NCBI GenBank assembly: GCA_035499005.1
Contig: DATJZQ010000158.1
Coordinates: 3,364-67,363 of the forward strand
DNA: 64,000 bases
DNA from: Burkholderiales bacterium
GTDB lineage: Bacteria; Pseudomonadota; Gammaproteobacteria; Burkholderiales; SHXO01
Direction of reading: 5' to 3'
The notes below the pieces were generated by a model. The model made no database searches. It worked only from the letters and a program-made list of their open reading frames with translations, and was not told where the DNA came from. Position 1 is the first letter of the stretch, and each line of letters begins with the position of its first letter. Shown in pieces: positions 8,885 through 17,984 of the stretch. Position numbers and translations under genes: made by a program.

Positions 8885-9370
8885 TCATCGGTGCTCGGGG
8901 AGAATGCGCTGAAGCAAGGCGACCAGCGTCTCGCGCTCCGCGGCAGTCAGATTGCTGACCAGGCGCTTCTCATGGCGCGCGACCCGCTGTTTCAGCCTCT
9001 TCAAAAGTGCCGTGCCGGCGGCCGTCAGCGAAATACCGTTCACACGGCGATCCTCGACTGAGGCGCGGCGCGCCACCAGCCCGCGCGCCTCGAGCTTGTC
9101 CAGCGCCGGCACCAGGCTGGAGCGGTCGAGGCGGGCCGCGTTTGCCAGCTCGGTCTGCTTCAGGCCCGGATTGGCTTCGATGATGACCAGCATGCCGAAC
9201 AGGCCCGGGCTCATATCGAGCTCACCCATCGCCGCGGCGAAATCGTCGAAGATGGCGCGCTGCGCCAGGCGCAGATGGTAGCCGAGCAAACCCGGCAGCA
9301 GGCCGAGCTTGGCGCCCCCGGCGGCAGAGGCCGCGAGCGGACGAGCTTTGCGCCTAGGCGTTTCCGACAT
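8885..9370 (-). CDS. MarR-family transcriptional regulator
   Basis: ORF 161 aa. Winged-helix pattern typical of MarR (LKQTELANAARLDRSSLVPALDKLEARGLVARRASVEDRRVNGISLTAAG). Divergent from the catabolic operon starting at 9477. Confidence 0.85.
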   Translation of the reverse strand: MSETPRRKARPLAASAAGGAKLGLLPGLLGYHLRLAQRAIFDDFAAAMGELDMSPGLFGMLVIIEANPGLKQTELANAARLDRSSLVPALDKLEARGLVARRASVEDRRVNGISLTAAGTALLKRLKQRVARHEKRLVSNLTAAERETLVALLQRILPEHR

Positions 9371-9382
9371 CCGGTGTTTTGT

Positions 9383-9412
9383 TTGACATCCAACAATTGG
9401 AGGTGTTACTTT
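9383..9412 (+). promoter_or_regulatory. Candidate sigma-70 promoter (TTGACA-N18-TACTTT) with embedded palindrome TCCAA-N3-TTGGA (9389-9401), possible MarR operator
   Basis: Read directly in the 106-bp marR/reductase divergent spacer. Perfect -35 hexamer at 9383-9388, weak -10 at 9407-9412, 13-bp inverted repeat between them. Confidence 0.35.
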
Positions 9413-9476
9413 GTTTCATCCTAGCGGAAATCGCCGCCGCTGACTATCGTGTCTTCCTGATCACCCTCGCAGCGCC

Positions 9477-10535
9477 ATGACTTGGACCATCACCCTGGCC
9501 GGCGATCCGCAGAGCGCACCAGCGGAGGATGGCGAAACCGTGCTGGACGCGCTGCTGCGCCACGGCGTAGGGTTCGCTTACAGCTGCCAGTCGGGCAACT
9601 GCGGCACCTGCAAGTGCGAATACGTCGCGGGCGACATCCTGGAGCTCGAGTACTCGGAGCATGCGCTGTCAGCGGCCGAGCGCAGCCGCGGTGTGATCCT
9701 CGCCTGCCGGACGCAGGTGTGGGGCGACGTCGAGATCCGCCGCCTCACGGCCGAGGACTTCGTGATGCATCCCTCGCGAGTGATGCAATGCAGGGTGGCG
9801 GAGATGAGCTTCGCAACGCACGATGTGCTGCGGCTGCGGCTCGCGATCGAGTCGGGCGGTCCTTACACGTTTTCCGCCGGACAGTTCGCCAAGCTCGAGT
9901 TCGGCTTCGCCCCGAATGTCCCGCGCGACTATTCAATGGCCAATCGGCCGGACGATGCGATGCTGGAGTTTCACATCCGCTGCATGGCCGGCGGGGTGAG
10001 CAGCCATCTTCCGGCGCAGCTCAGGGTGGGCGATCCGGTGCGCGTCTCAGGTCCGTTCGGCACGTCGTATCTGCGCGAACAGCACCCCGGACCGCTGATC
10101 GCCGTCGCGGGCGGCACCGGCCTCGCCCCGATCCGCTCCATCATCGCCGCCGCGCTCGCCAAGGGTATGGTGCAGCCGCTTCACCTCTACTTCGGCGTGC
10201 GCGCAGAGCGCGACGTGTATGGCGAGGCGGAATTGCGCGCATGGCAGGCCCAGCATCCGCAGCTGAAAGCGCACGTGGTGCTGTCCGATCAGCCGCAGCC
10301 CGGTGACGTGCACGAGACCGCCGCCACTCCGGCGCGGCGCTACGGCCTGGTGACGGACGCTGTGCGCGGTGATTTCGCCAGCTTTGCCGGGTTTCAGGCC
10401 TATCTCGCCGGGCCGCCGGCGATGGTGGACGCCGCCACGGAGCTGCTGCGCGCGGGCGGGATTGCGGCGCGCGACATCCACGCGGACGCCTTCTACAGAG
10501 CCATCGACCAGACAGCGTCGGGGGCGGTGGCATGA
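9477..10535 (+). CDS. Ferredoxin-NAD(P)H oxidoreductase: N-terminal plant-type [2Fe-2S] + FNR-like FAD/NAD domains (oxygenase reductase component)
   Basis: ORF 352 aa. CQSGNCGTCKC...ILACR cluster motif, RDYSMAN flavin motif, AVAGGTGLAPIRS NAD(P)-binding motif. Domain order as in NagAa/phenol-hydroxylase-type reductases, opposite to PaaE. Confidence 0.88.
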   Translation: MTWTITLAGDPQSAPAEDGETVLDALLRHGVGFAYSCQSGNCGTCKCEYVAGDILELEYSEHALSAAERSRGVILACRTQVWGDVEIRRLTAEDFVMHPSRVMQCRVAEMSFATHDVLRLRLAIESGGPYTFSAGQFAKLEFGFAPNVPRDYSMANRPDDAMLEFHIRCMAGGVSSHLPAQLRVGDPVRVSGPFGTSYLREQHPGPLIAVAGGTGLAPIRSIIAAALAKGMVQPLHLYFGVRAERDVYGEAELRAWQAQHPQLKAHVVLSDQPQPGDVHETAATPARRYGLVTDAVRGDFASFAGFQAYLAGPPAMVDAATELLRAGGIAARDIHADAFYRAIDQTASGAVA

Positions 10536-11464
10536 GCCGTCCGTTCAGCCTCGAAGGGCAAGTCGCTATCGTGAGCGGGGGCGCGCGCGGCATCGGCTAC
10601 GCCGTCGCGCAAGAGCTGCTCCGGCTCGGCGCGCGCGTGACACTCGTCGATCCGGGCGTCTCGATAGCAGGCGAGGAGGCCGATGCCGACAGCGTGCAAA
10701 CTGCCGCTGCCGCCCTGGGGGCCAACGCGTTGGCTGTGCCTGAAGACATCGCCGCGCCGGGAGCGGCGCAGACGGCGGTGCAGCTGACGCTCGAGCGCTT
10801 CGGCGCGCTGGACATCGTGATCAACAATGCGGCCATTCTGCGCGACGGCTTCATCTTCAAGTCGCAGCGCAGCGATTGGGAGCGCGTCATCCAGACCAAC
10901 CTCACCGGCGCGTGGGCCTTGCTCGCCGCAGCGACGCCGGTCCTGCGCGATGCAGTGAAGAGCGGCCGCGCGCCAGGGCGGATCGTCAACATGACTTCGA
11001 CCGCTGGACTGTACGGCAACTACGCTCAGTCAGCTTATGCGGCGGCAAAGGCGGGTCTGGTCGGGCTCACACGCGCTGTAGCGCTGGACATGGCGCGCTC
11101 CAAGGTGAACTGCAACGCCGTTGCGCCGTTTGCCGCCACGCGCGTGACCGAGTCCATCGCGCCGGCCAACCCGGCGCAACAGGCATACAAGGAGCGCGCG
11201 CTGAAAATCCCGGCCGGCCATGCCGCGCGCCTGGTCGGGTGGCTCTGCTCGCCGGGCTGCGATGTCACCGGCCAGATCTTCGGAGTGCGCGGGCGCGAGG
11301 TGTTTCTGTTTTCCCAGCCGCGGCCCGCAGTACGCGTGCTGACCGCGCCATTGGCGGACCTGACGCCGGAGTCACTTGACGCCGCCATCAGCATCGCGGT
11401 GCAGGATCAGCTGGTCGAGCTCACCTCCGACCTCGAAGCATTCGACAGCGAACCCATCCTCTAG
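10532..11464 (+). CDS. SDR-family oxidoreductase (hydroxyacyl-CoA-dehydrogenase-like, with C-terminal extension)
   Basis: ORF 310 aa. VSGGARGIG cofactor motif, NNAAI, catalytic S...YAAAK. ATGA start/stop overlap with the reductase gene. Confidence 0.85.
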   Translation: MSRPFSLEGQVAIVSGGARGIGYAVAQELLRLGARVTLVDPGVSIAGEEADADSVQTAAAALGANALAVPEDIAAPGAAQTAVQLTLERFGALDIVINNAAILRDGFIFKSQRSDWERVIQTNLTGAWALLAAATPVLRDAVKSGRAPGRIVNMTSTAGLYGNYAQSAYAAAKAGLVGLTRAVALDMARSKVNCNAVAPFAATRVTESIAPANPAQQAYKERALKIPAGHAARLVGWLCSPGCDVTGQIFGVRGREVFLFSQPRPAVRVLTAPLADLTPESLDAAISIAVQDQLVELTSDLEAFDSEPIL

Positions 11465-11466
11465 CT

Positions 11467-12195
11467 ATGGAGCGCAAGATGTCCACCACGGAAGCCACGC
11501 AAATCCAGATCCCCGAGGTGAAGACGGCGGCCGAGCTGGCCCAGCAGCCGGAGGAGTATCGCACCGCCGTGCAGAAGATCGTCATCAGCCACGCGGTCAA
11601 CGAGCTGTACGGCGCGCAGGTGTTCGACGAGCCGGCCATCAAGCTCGCACCGACTCCCTACGCCAAGTGGCTGACCTGCCGGGTGGCGATGGAGGAGTAT
11701 CATCATCACGTCCGCTTCAAGGCCTTGGCGGACGAGATCGGCGTCGAGCCGGAGCGCATGGATCCGCAGCACAAGCGCCCGCTGTCGATTTTCAGCTTCG
11801 CGCTCAGGACCTGGCCGGAATTCTGCGTGATCAAAGCCATCGCGGACTATGCCGAGATCCTGCAGGTGGAGGATCTGCTCCACTGCAGCTTCCATCCGCT
11901 GCGCAATCTGGCACGCATTACCATGCCGGAGGAGAAGTTCCACGCCAAGTTCGGCAAGGACTTCTGCCTGGACTTGATCCAGCGCGGCAGCGCCGCCGAG
12001 GTCCAGGACGCCATCGACCGCTACTTCCCGATCACGCCCGGTTTTTTCGGAGGCAGCCAGTCCAAGAACAACGAGATCTACCGCAAGTGGAAACTGAAGC
12101 AGCGCAGCAACGAGGAAATGCGGCAGGATTTCCTGACCCGCGTTACCGAGCTGGTTGAACGCGACTTCGGCTTGAAGCTCCCCGCGGTGAACTGA
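11467..12195 (+). CDS. Ferritin-like di-iron oxygenase subunit, PaaA-like (phenylacetyl-CoA epoxidase catalytic-subunit family), minimal 242-aa form
   Basis: ORF 242 aa. E...ExxH...D/E...ExxH ligand pattern visible (NELYG, MEEYHHH, ADYAE, PEEKFH). Block-wise resemblance to E. coli PaaA as I recall it (YRKTLIRQIGQHAHSEIVG / QDEAGH / KEESFHQRQG / DAINRFWWP). Start 2 nt after the SDR stop. Confidence 0.7.
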   Translation: MERKMSTTEATQIQIPEVKTAAELAQQPEEYRTAVQKIVISHAVNELYGAQVFDEPAIKLAPTPYAKWLTCRVAMEEYHHHVRFKALADEIGVEPERMDPQHKRPLSIFSFALRTWPEFCVIKAIADYAEILQVEDLLHCSFHPLRNLARITMPEEKFHAKFGKDFCLDLIQRGSAAEVQDAIDRYFPITPGFFGGSQSKNNEIYRKWKLKQRSNEEMRQDFLTRVTELVERDFGLKLPAVN

Positions 12196-12227
12196 GCTGG
12201 AGCCGATTTGAACGACAGGAGGAGAAC

Positions 12228-13268
12228 ATGACACGAGCGGCCACGGACATCCGCGTGGAGCGCGACGCCTACTATCAGCGCATCGCGCAGGCTAATCTGA
12301 CGCCGCTGTGGGAGGTGATGTCCGCGCTGGTGCCTGAGCAGCCGCGCTCCCCGTGTGTGCCGGCCATCTGGCGCTATCAACAGGTGCGCCCCTGGCTGAT
12401 GGAATCGGGCCGGCTGATCTCGGCCAAGGAAGCCGTTCGGCGCGTGCTGATCCTGAAGAATCCCGGCCTGTCAGGCGCCTCGGCGATCACTCAGTCGCTC
12501 TTTGCCGGACTGCAGCTGATCTTGCCGGGCGAAGTTGCTCCCAGCCACCGCCACACGCAGTCGGCGCTGCGCTTGATCGTCGAAGGCAGTGGCGCGTTCA
12601 CCGCGGTCGAAGGCGAGCGCATCACGATGCACCCGGGCGATTTCATCATCACACCGGCATGGACCTGGCACGACCACGGCAATCCCGGCAGCGAGCCCGT
12701 GGTCTGGCTGGACGGCCTGGACATTCCGCTCGTGCGCTTTCTGGAGGCGGGTTTCCAGGAAAACTATCCGCAGGACTCGCAGCCGGTGGCGCGCCCTGAG
12801 GGCGATGCGCTGGCACGCTACGGCGCCAATCTGCTGCCGGTCGACTACCGGCCGCGCGGTCTTGCATCGCCCGTCTTCGCCTACCCCTATGGGCGGACGC
12901 GCGAGACGCTGGAGCAGCTGCGCTGCAACGGGAAGCCGCATGCGGTGCACGGCTACAAGATGCAGTTCATCAACCCGGCGAGCGGTAGTTACCCGATGCC
13001 CAGCATCGGCGCGTTCGTGCAGCTTCTGCCGGCAGGTTTTCGCGGCGGCGCCTGCCGCTGCACGGACGGGACCGTGTTCCACTGCATCGAGGGTGGGGGC
13101 AGCGTGAGCGTCGGCAGCGAGCGCCTCACGTTCTCTGCACGCGATACGTTCGTGGTTCCCGCGTGGTGTACCCATCGACTCGACGCCGACGGCGAGACGG
13201 TGCTGTTCAGCTTCTCAGATCGCCCGGTGCAGCAGGCGCTCGGACTGTGGCGCGAGGAGCTGAGCTGA
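12228..13268 (+). CDS. Gentisate 1,2-dioxygenase (bicupin)
   Basis: ORF 346 aa. Hallmark block [69 protein letters not shown] upstream. Confidence 0.92.
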   Translation: MTRAATDIRVERDAYYQRIAQANLTPLWEVMSALVPEQPRSPCVPAIWRYQQVRPWLMESGRLISAKEAVRRVLILKNPGLSGASAITQSLFAGLQLILPGEVAPSHRHTQSALRLIVEGSGAFTAVEGERITMHPGDFIITPAWTWHDHGNPGSEPVVWLDGLDIPLVRFLEAGFQENYPQDSQPVARPEGDALARYGANLLPVDYRPRGLASPVFAYPYGRTRETLEQLRCNGKPHAVHGYKMQFINPASGSYPMPSIGAFVQLLPAGFRGGACRCTDGTVFHCIEGGGSVSVGSERLTFSARDTFVVPAWCTHRLDADGETVLFSFSDRPVQQALGLWREELS

Positions 13269-13319
13269 AGAATTCGCGCCGTTGCAGTTTCCCAACCTTT
13301 TTCCTGGAACCCAGCACCG

Positions 13320-14012
13320 ATGACAAACGCCTTCGTCGTTGACGCGCACCAAACGCCGTCGGTTCCCGTTGCCGGCCAAAAAGGCCGCTTCCCGGTGCAT
13401 CGCATCTACTGCGTCGGGCGCAACTACGCCGCGCACGCGCGCGAGATGGGGAAGGACCCCGAGCGTGAGCCGCCGTTCTTTTTCCTGAAGCCCGCCGACG
13501 CAGTGGTCCCCGAAGGCGGCGAGGTCCACTACCCGCCGGGCACTTCCAACCTGCATCACGAGATCGAACTGGTGGTTGCGCTGCACCGCGGCGGGTTCCA
13601 GATTCCCGCGGCGCGGGCGCTGGACCACGTCTACGGCTACGCGGTCGGCTTGGACATGACGCGCCGGGACCTGCAGTTCCAGGCGCGCGACATGGGACGT
13701 CCATGGGATTTCGGCAAGGCCTTCGACGAGTCGGCGCCGATCACCACCATCTACCCCGTTGCCAGCCACGGGCATCATTTGGCGGGCGCCATTACGCTCT
13801 CGGTCAACGGCGAGCTGCGTCAGCAGGGCGACTTGAAGGACATGATCTGGAACGTTCCGGACACGCTGGCGTTTCTGTCCAATTACTACCGCCTCCAGGC
13901 TGGTGACTTGATCTTCACCGGAACGCCTGCGGGGGTGGGTGCTGTGGTGCGCGGGGACAAGCTGGTGGGCAAGGTCGAGGGTCTCGCCGAGCTCCACGTC
14001 ACCATCATCTGA
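13320..14012 (+). CDS. FAH-family hydrolase, probable fumarylpyruvate hydrolase
   Basis: ORF 230 aa. FAH C-terminal fold motifs (CVGRNYAAHAREMG, HHEIELVVAL, DLIFTGTPAGVG). Sits downstream of gentisate dioxygenase. Confidence 0.85.
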   Translation: MTNAFVVDAHQTPSVPVAGQKGRFPVHRIYCVGRNYAAHAREMGKDPEREPPFFFLKPADAVVPEGGEVHYPPGTSNLHHEIELVVALHRGGFQIPAARALDHVYGYAVGLDMTRRDLQFQARDMGRPWDFGKAFDESAPITTIYPVASHGHHLAGAITLSVNGELRQQGDLKDMIWNVPDTLAFLSNYYRLQAGDLIFTGTPAGVGAVVRGDKLVGKVEGLAELHVTII

Positions 14013-14021
14013 ATCGGCGTC

Positions 14022-14924
14022 GTGGACGCGCGCAAGACCTGGCTCGAAGTCGCGCTCAACGGTCCGTGGGGCCGCGCACGCCAGCCAGGGATCCCGGTGA
14101 GCGTGCGGGACATCGTGGACCAGGCCGCAGCGTGCGTGCGTGCCGGGGCGGCGATCGTGCACGTGCACGCCTACGACGAGTCGAGCGGCGCACCGCGGGA
14201 AAGCGCGGCCGCCTACGCCGCCATCATCGAGGGCATCCGGCGACATGTGGACGCGATCGTCTATCCGACCGTGTCAATTCCCGGCATGGCACACTCGCCC
14301 GTGGACGAAACGCCGCCGCAGCGCTTCGCGGTGCACGAGGAGCTCGCGCAACGCGGCCTGCTGGAGTGGGCGGCGGTCGACCCTGGTTCGCTCAACATCG
14401 CCTCGTACGATGATCTGCGCCAGGACCGCGATGGATTCGTGTACCGCAATCCCGAGCAACATCTGCGCTACGCGCTCGGCCTTGCGGCTCGTTATCGTTT
14501 TCATCCAAGCTACGCGATCTACGAGCCGGGCTTTCTGCGGCTGGGGGCGTCGTTGCACTGGCGCTGCGCCTGTCCGGCTCCCATCTACCGCTTCATGTTT
14601 TCCACGGACTACACCTTTGGGTTCCCCGCCGATGACTACGGTCTCACGGCCTATCTCAAGCTCATGGACCAGGTGGCGCCGGGCGCCAGGTGGATGGTGG
14701 CCGGTCTGGGCGTCGACATCCGGCAACTCGTGCCGCGCGCGGTAGCGGAGGGCGGACACGTCCGCGTGGGTCTGGAGGACGCGTCGCTCGGTTGCGCCCA
14801 GACGAACGTCGAACTGGTGGAGGCGGCCGCTCGCATGATCAATGCCTGTGGCGGCGAGCTGGCGACTGCGGTCGAGGTGCGCGCCGAGCTGCGCGCGGCG
14901 GAGAGGGGCGAGGCGCAGCTATAA
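14022..14924 (+). CDS. Beta-keto acid cleavage enzyme (BKACE / 3-keto-5-aminohexanoate cleavage enzyme family, DUF849)
   Basis: ORF 300 aa, GTG start. Family-like N-terminus WLEVALNG and HVHAYD, VRVGLED blocks as I recall for Kce-type TIM barrels. Confidence 0.75.
   Translation: MDARKTWLEVALNGPWGRARQPGIPVSVRDIVDQAAACVRAGAAIVHVHAYDESSGAPRESAAAYAAIIEGIRRHVDAIVYPTVSIPGMAHSPVDETPPQRFAVHEELAQRGLLEWAAVDPGSLNIASYDDLRQDRDGFVYRNPEQHLRYALGLAARYRFHPSYAIYEPGFLRLGASLHWRCACPAPIYRFMFSTDYTFGFPADDYGLTAYLKLMDQVAPGARWMVAGLGVDIRQLVPRAVAEGGHVRVGLEDASLGCAQTNVELVEAAARMINACGGELATAVEVRAELRAAERGEAQL
14919..14924 (+). promoter_or_regulatory. Perfect TATAAT hexamer 29 nt upstream of the pdxA-family start (candidate -10 box; overlaps BKACE stop codon)
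   Basis: Exact hexamer read in sequence. No convincing -35. Confidence 0.25.
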
Positions 14925-14952
14925 TCGCAGCGATCAGCGATCGGCAAACTTC

Positions 14953-15954
14953 ATGACCTCACCACCCAGAATCGGCATCACGATGGGCGACCCCTCCGGA
15001 GTCGGGCCCGAGATCATCGTCAAGGCGCTGGCGGAGATGTCGCCTGAGCAGCGTTCTGCGTCGGCGGTAGTCGGTGATCTCGATTTCCTCAAGCGCGCAG
15101 AACGCTTGGTGGGTGCGGGCCTCACGTATGCTGAGGCGCCTGAGAGCGCGCGCAACGGCGTCGTTCCGGTGTTCCATGTGCCCAGTCGCGGCTCCGGTCA
15201 GATCCGTGACGGCGAGATCACTGCGGCGGGCGGCGAGGCGGCTTACCAATACGTGGTGAAGGCGGTGGAGCTGGCCCTGGCCGGGACGATCGGGGTGATC
15301 GTCACGGCGCCACTGAACAAAGGTGCGATGCATGCGGCCGGCCACCATTTCGACGGTCACACAGAGCTGCTTGCGCATCTGACCGGCGCCAAGTCGTCCT
15401 TCATGCTGCTCGCGTCGAGCAAGATGTCGGTGGTACACGTATCGACTCACGTCAGCCTGCGGACCGCGACCCAGCGCGCGACGACTGAGCGCGTGCTTGC
15501 CACCATCCGCGCTGGCAGCGACCATTTCAACGCACTCGGCTACGCGCACCCGCGCATCGCCGTGGCCGGACTGAACCCGCATTGCGGCGAAGGCGGCATC
15601 TTCGGCAACGAAGAGATCGACCACATCAATCATGCGGTCGAGCTCGCGCGCCAGCAGGGCATGGACGTCAAGGGCCCGATTTCCGGCGACACCGTGTTCT
15701 ACCGCGCGCTCAAGGGCGAATTCGATCTGGTGGTTGCGCAGTACCACGACCAGGGTCACATCCCGAGCAAGCTCATCGCCTTCGACGAAACCGTGAATGT
15801 CAGCCTCGGACTCCCCATCCGGCGCACGTCGGTCGATCACGGCACCGCATTCGACATCGCGTGGAAAGGCAAAGCCAACCACGTCAACATGCGCGCCGCC
15901 GTGGCTTATGCGCGCATGATGGCCGAGCGCCTGCCCGCGAGCGCGGTGGCCTGA
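14953..15954 (+). CDS. PdxA-family NAD-dependent 4-phospho-hydroxyacid dehydrogenase (PdxA2-like)
   Basis: ORF 14842..15954 trimmed to ATG 14953 (MTSPPRIGITMGDPSGVGPEI...). Family blocks TAPLNK, GHTELLA, HVSTHVSL, AGLNPHCGEGG, YHDQGHIP, RTSVDHGTAFD. Confidence 0.88.
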   Translation: MTSPPRIGITMGDPSGVGPEIIVKALAEMSPEQRSASAVVGDLDFLKRAERLVGAGLTYAEAPESARNGVVPVFHVPSRGSGQIRDGEITAAGGEAAYQYVVKAVELALAGTIGVIVTAPLNKGAMHAAGHHFDGHTELLAHLTGAKSSFMLLASSKMSVVHVSTHVSLRTATQRATTERVLATIRAGSDHFNALGYAHPRIAVAGLNPHCGEGGIFGNEEIDHINHAVELARQQGMDVKGPISGDTVFYRALKGEFDLVVAQYHDQGHIPSKLIAFDETVNVSLGLPIRRTSVDHGTAFDIAWKGKANHVNMRAAVAYARMMAERLPASAVA

Positions 15955-15972
15955 CGGCTGTCGGCCGGCGCG

Positions 15973-17169
15973 ATGGCGGCTGTTCCACGACTCACCATCG
16001 TCGCGGACGATCTCACCGGAGCGATGGATGCCGCCGCGCCGCTCGCGGAGCGCGGCCTGGCGACATGGGTCGTAGCCGACGCCGAGCGCAACGCGTCGCA
16101 GACGCTTCCACCGGCACAGGTGGTGTCCATCAACGCGGCGAGTCGGCATCTACCCAAAGAAGATGCCGCCCAGCGCGTGCGCGCGTTGTCATCCAGGTTG
16201 CTCGATCCCGGCTGCGAGATCCTGATCAAAAAGATCGATTCGACGCTGCGCGGCAACGCGGTGGCGGAAACCCTGGCCCTGTTGGAGGCGAGCGGGCGCG
16301 CCGCGGCGGTCGTGGCGCCTGCGTTTCCGCGACAGGGGCGCACGCTCGTCGCGGGTGTGGTGCACGTCCACGGCGTGCCCCTTGCGCATACCGAGCTCGC
16401 ACGCGATACGCTGTCGCCCCCGCCGGCCGAGCCGTTGCACCTGCTGTTCCGCTCCGCGGCTCCGCAAGACGAAGTGCGTCTGGTCGCACGAGGCGCATCC
16501 GTCGCTTTGTCGCGAGTCGGCCGACGGCAGATCCTCGTGGTCGACGCTGCCAGCGACGACGACCTGCGCAGTACGGTGCGTTCGCTGAGCAGCCAGTTGA
16601 GCGACACCTTGCTGGTGGGCTCGGCGGGGATTTCGGAGGCTGTGGCGCACACTTGCTTCGAGGCGCCCCGGGAGGCACTCGCCGCGCCCGCGGTTAGAGA
16701 GCAAATGGTGTTTGTGGTCGGTTCGCGCACGGAGCAAAGCGCGCAACAGGTGCGCGCACTGATCGAGTCCGGCCGGGCGAGGCTGATCGCTGCACCGGCG
16801 GGCTGCGTAGATCTCTCCGCTGCGCTGGGTGCGCCCGAAGCGCTGCTCGTGATCAAGGCGGAGCCCGGCAGCGGGGCAGACCACACGGATGCCGCGGAGG
16901 TTGCCTGTCGTCTGGCGGACGCGGCGGGGACGCTGATCGAGCGCCAACCGATCGCGGCCCTGGTCGTGACGGGCGGCGACACAGCCTTCGCTGTGCTGCG
17001 GCGTCTGGGCCAGACTACAGTGCAGGTGATGGGTAACCTGCTGCCCGGAATCCCGTTCAGCCGTATTCGATTCGGCATGCGGGAGCTGTGGCTTGTGACG
17101 AAAGCGGGCGGGTTTGGCGCGCGAGACACGTTGGCGACCATCGCGCAGCGGTTGCACGGCGCAGCCTGA
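15973..17169 (+). CDS. Four-carbon acid-sugar kinase family protein (DUF1537; threonate/erythronate/3-oxo-tetronate kinase-like)
   Basis: ORF 398 aa. N-terminal IVADDLTGAMD and KIDSTLRGN blocks and C-terminal VTGGDTA...KAGGFG block typical of DUF1537. Adjacent to its usual PdxA2 partner. Confidence 0.82.
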   Translation: MAAVPRLTIVADDLTGAMDAAAPLAERGLATWVVADAERNASQTLPPAQVVSINAASRHLPKEDAAQRVRALSSRLLDPGCEILIKKIDSTLRGNAVAETLALLEASGRAAAVVAPAFPRQGRTLVAGVVHVHGVPLAHTELARDTLSPPPAEPLHLLFRSAAPQDEVRLVARGASVALSRVGRRQILVVDAASDDDLRSTVRSLSSQLSDTLLVGSAGISEAVAHTCFEAPREALAAPAVREQMVFVVGSRTEQSAQQVRALIESGRARLIAAPAGCVDLSAALGAPEALLVIKAEPGSGADHTDAAEVACRLADAAGTLIERQPIAALVVTGGDTAFAVLRRLGQTTVQVMGNLLPGIPFSRIRFGMRELWLVTKAGGFGARDTLATIAQRLHGAA

Positions 17170-17273
17170 GAACCTCAACGGCCGAAACGGTCTCCAACCG
17201 ACACGACAACCCGTCGGAAGATAGCGGCGACCATGTGTCGGAACCAGCGCAGCTCGCGTGACCCTGCGCAGGC

Positions 17274-17870
17274 ATGACGTGGCGGGAGAGCGAAGGCGTG
17301 AGCGCAAACCGTTGGCACCACTTGCTGGCCCGCGTGGCCGCGGTCGCGATCGTGCTCGCAACGGCCGATGCCGCGTGCGAAGATCGAGTCAGCGTCGAGG
17401 CGCACCGCGAGGGCGAAGCGGTGATTGTCGAAGCGCGCGCCGCGCTGCACGTGGATCTGGCAATCGCGTGGGAGGTGCTCACCGGCTACGACCGGTACCC
17501 GCAGTTCATCCCCGATCTCACCTCCAGCCGCGTGTTGAGCCGCTCGGGCAGCGACGTGGTCGTCGAGCAGAAAGGGCAGCTCGCATTCCTGGTATTTCGC
17601 CTCCCGCTGGAGGTGACTATGAACGTCAGCGAGCGGCCCCGCACCGGCATCAGCTCGCGCGCGATCGGGGGCACTTTTCGGGAGATGACCGGGAGCTACG
17701 AGCTGGCGCAGGCGGGCGAAGACTTGCAGCTCACTTACAGCGGCCGCATGGTGCCGCGCTTCGGGTTGCTCTCGCTCATGGGGACCGCAGCCGTGAAGGC
17801 CGCCGTCGAAAAGCAGTTCGGTGCCCTGGTGCGGGAGATGCAGATCCGCGCTGCCGTGCCGGAAAAGTAA
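17274..17870 (+). CDS. SRPBCC-superfamily (polyketide cyclase/dehydrase-like) protein with N-terminal signal/anchor
   Basis: ORF 198 aa. YDRYPQFIPDL motif characteristic of this fold family. Hydrophobic N-terminal segment LLARVAAVAIVLATADAA. Confidence 0.65.
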   Translation: MTWRESEGVSANRWHHLLARVAAVAIVLATADAACEDRVSVEAHREGEAVIVEARAALHVDLAIAWEVLTGYDRYPQFIPDLTSSRVLSRSGSDVVVEQKGQLAFLVFRLPLEVTMNVSERPRTGISSRAIGGTFREMTGSYELAQAGEDLQLTYSGRMVPRFGLLSLMGTAAVKAAVEKQFGALVREMQIRAAVPEK

Positions 17871-17984
17871 GCCCCGCACTCGAACGTATTGACGGATGCG
17901 TAGTGCCTGGACCCTCAGGCGGCCCGGGGATAGCACATCGGTAGAATGGGCAATTCGCCCCCGTTTCGCACCAGAAGGCCTGGC

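Noticed and set aside
12806-12825. TGGCACG sigma-54 -24-like sequence inside the gentisate dioxygenase gene (similar isolated TGGCAC hits near 12665, 19525, 20103, 23100, 61657)
   Set aside because: None has a TTGC/GC element at the required 10-nt spacing, and most (apart from the ~20103 hit in the maiA downstream spacer) lie inside coding sequence.
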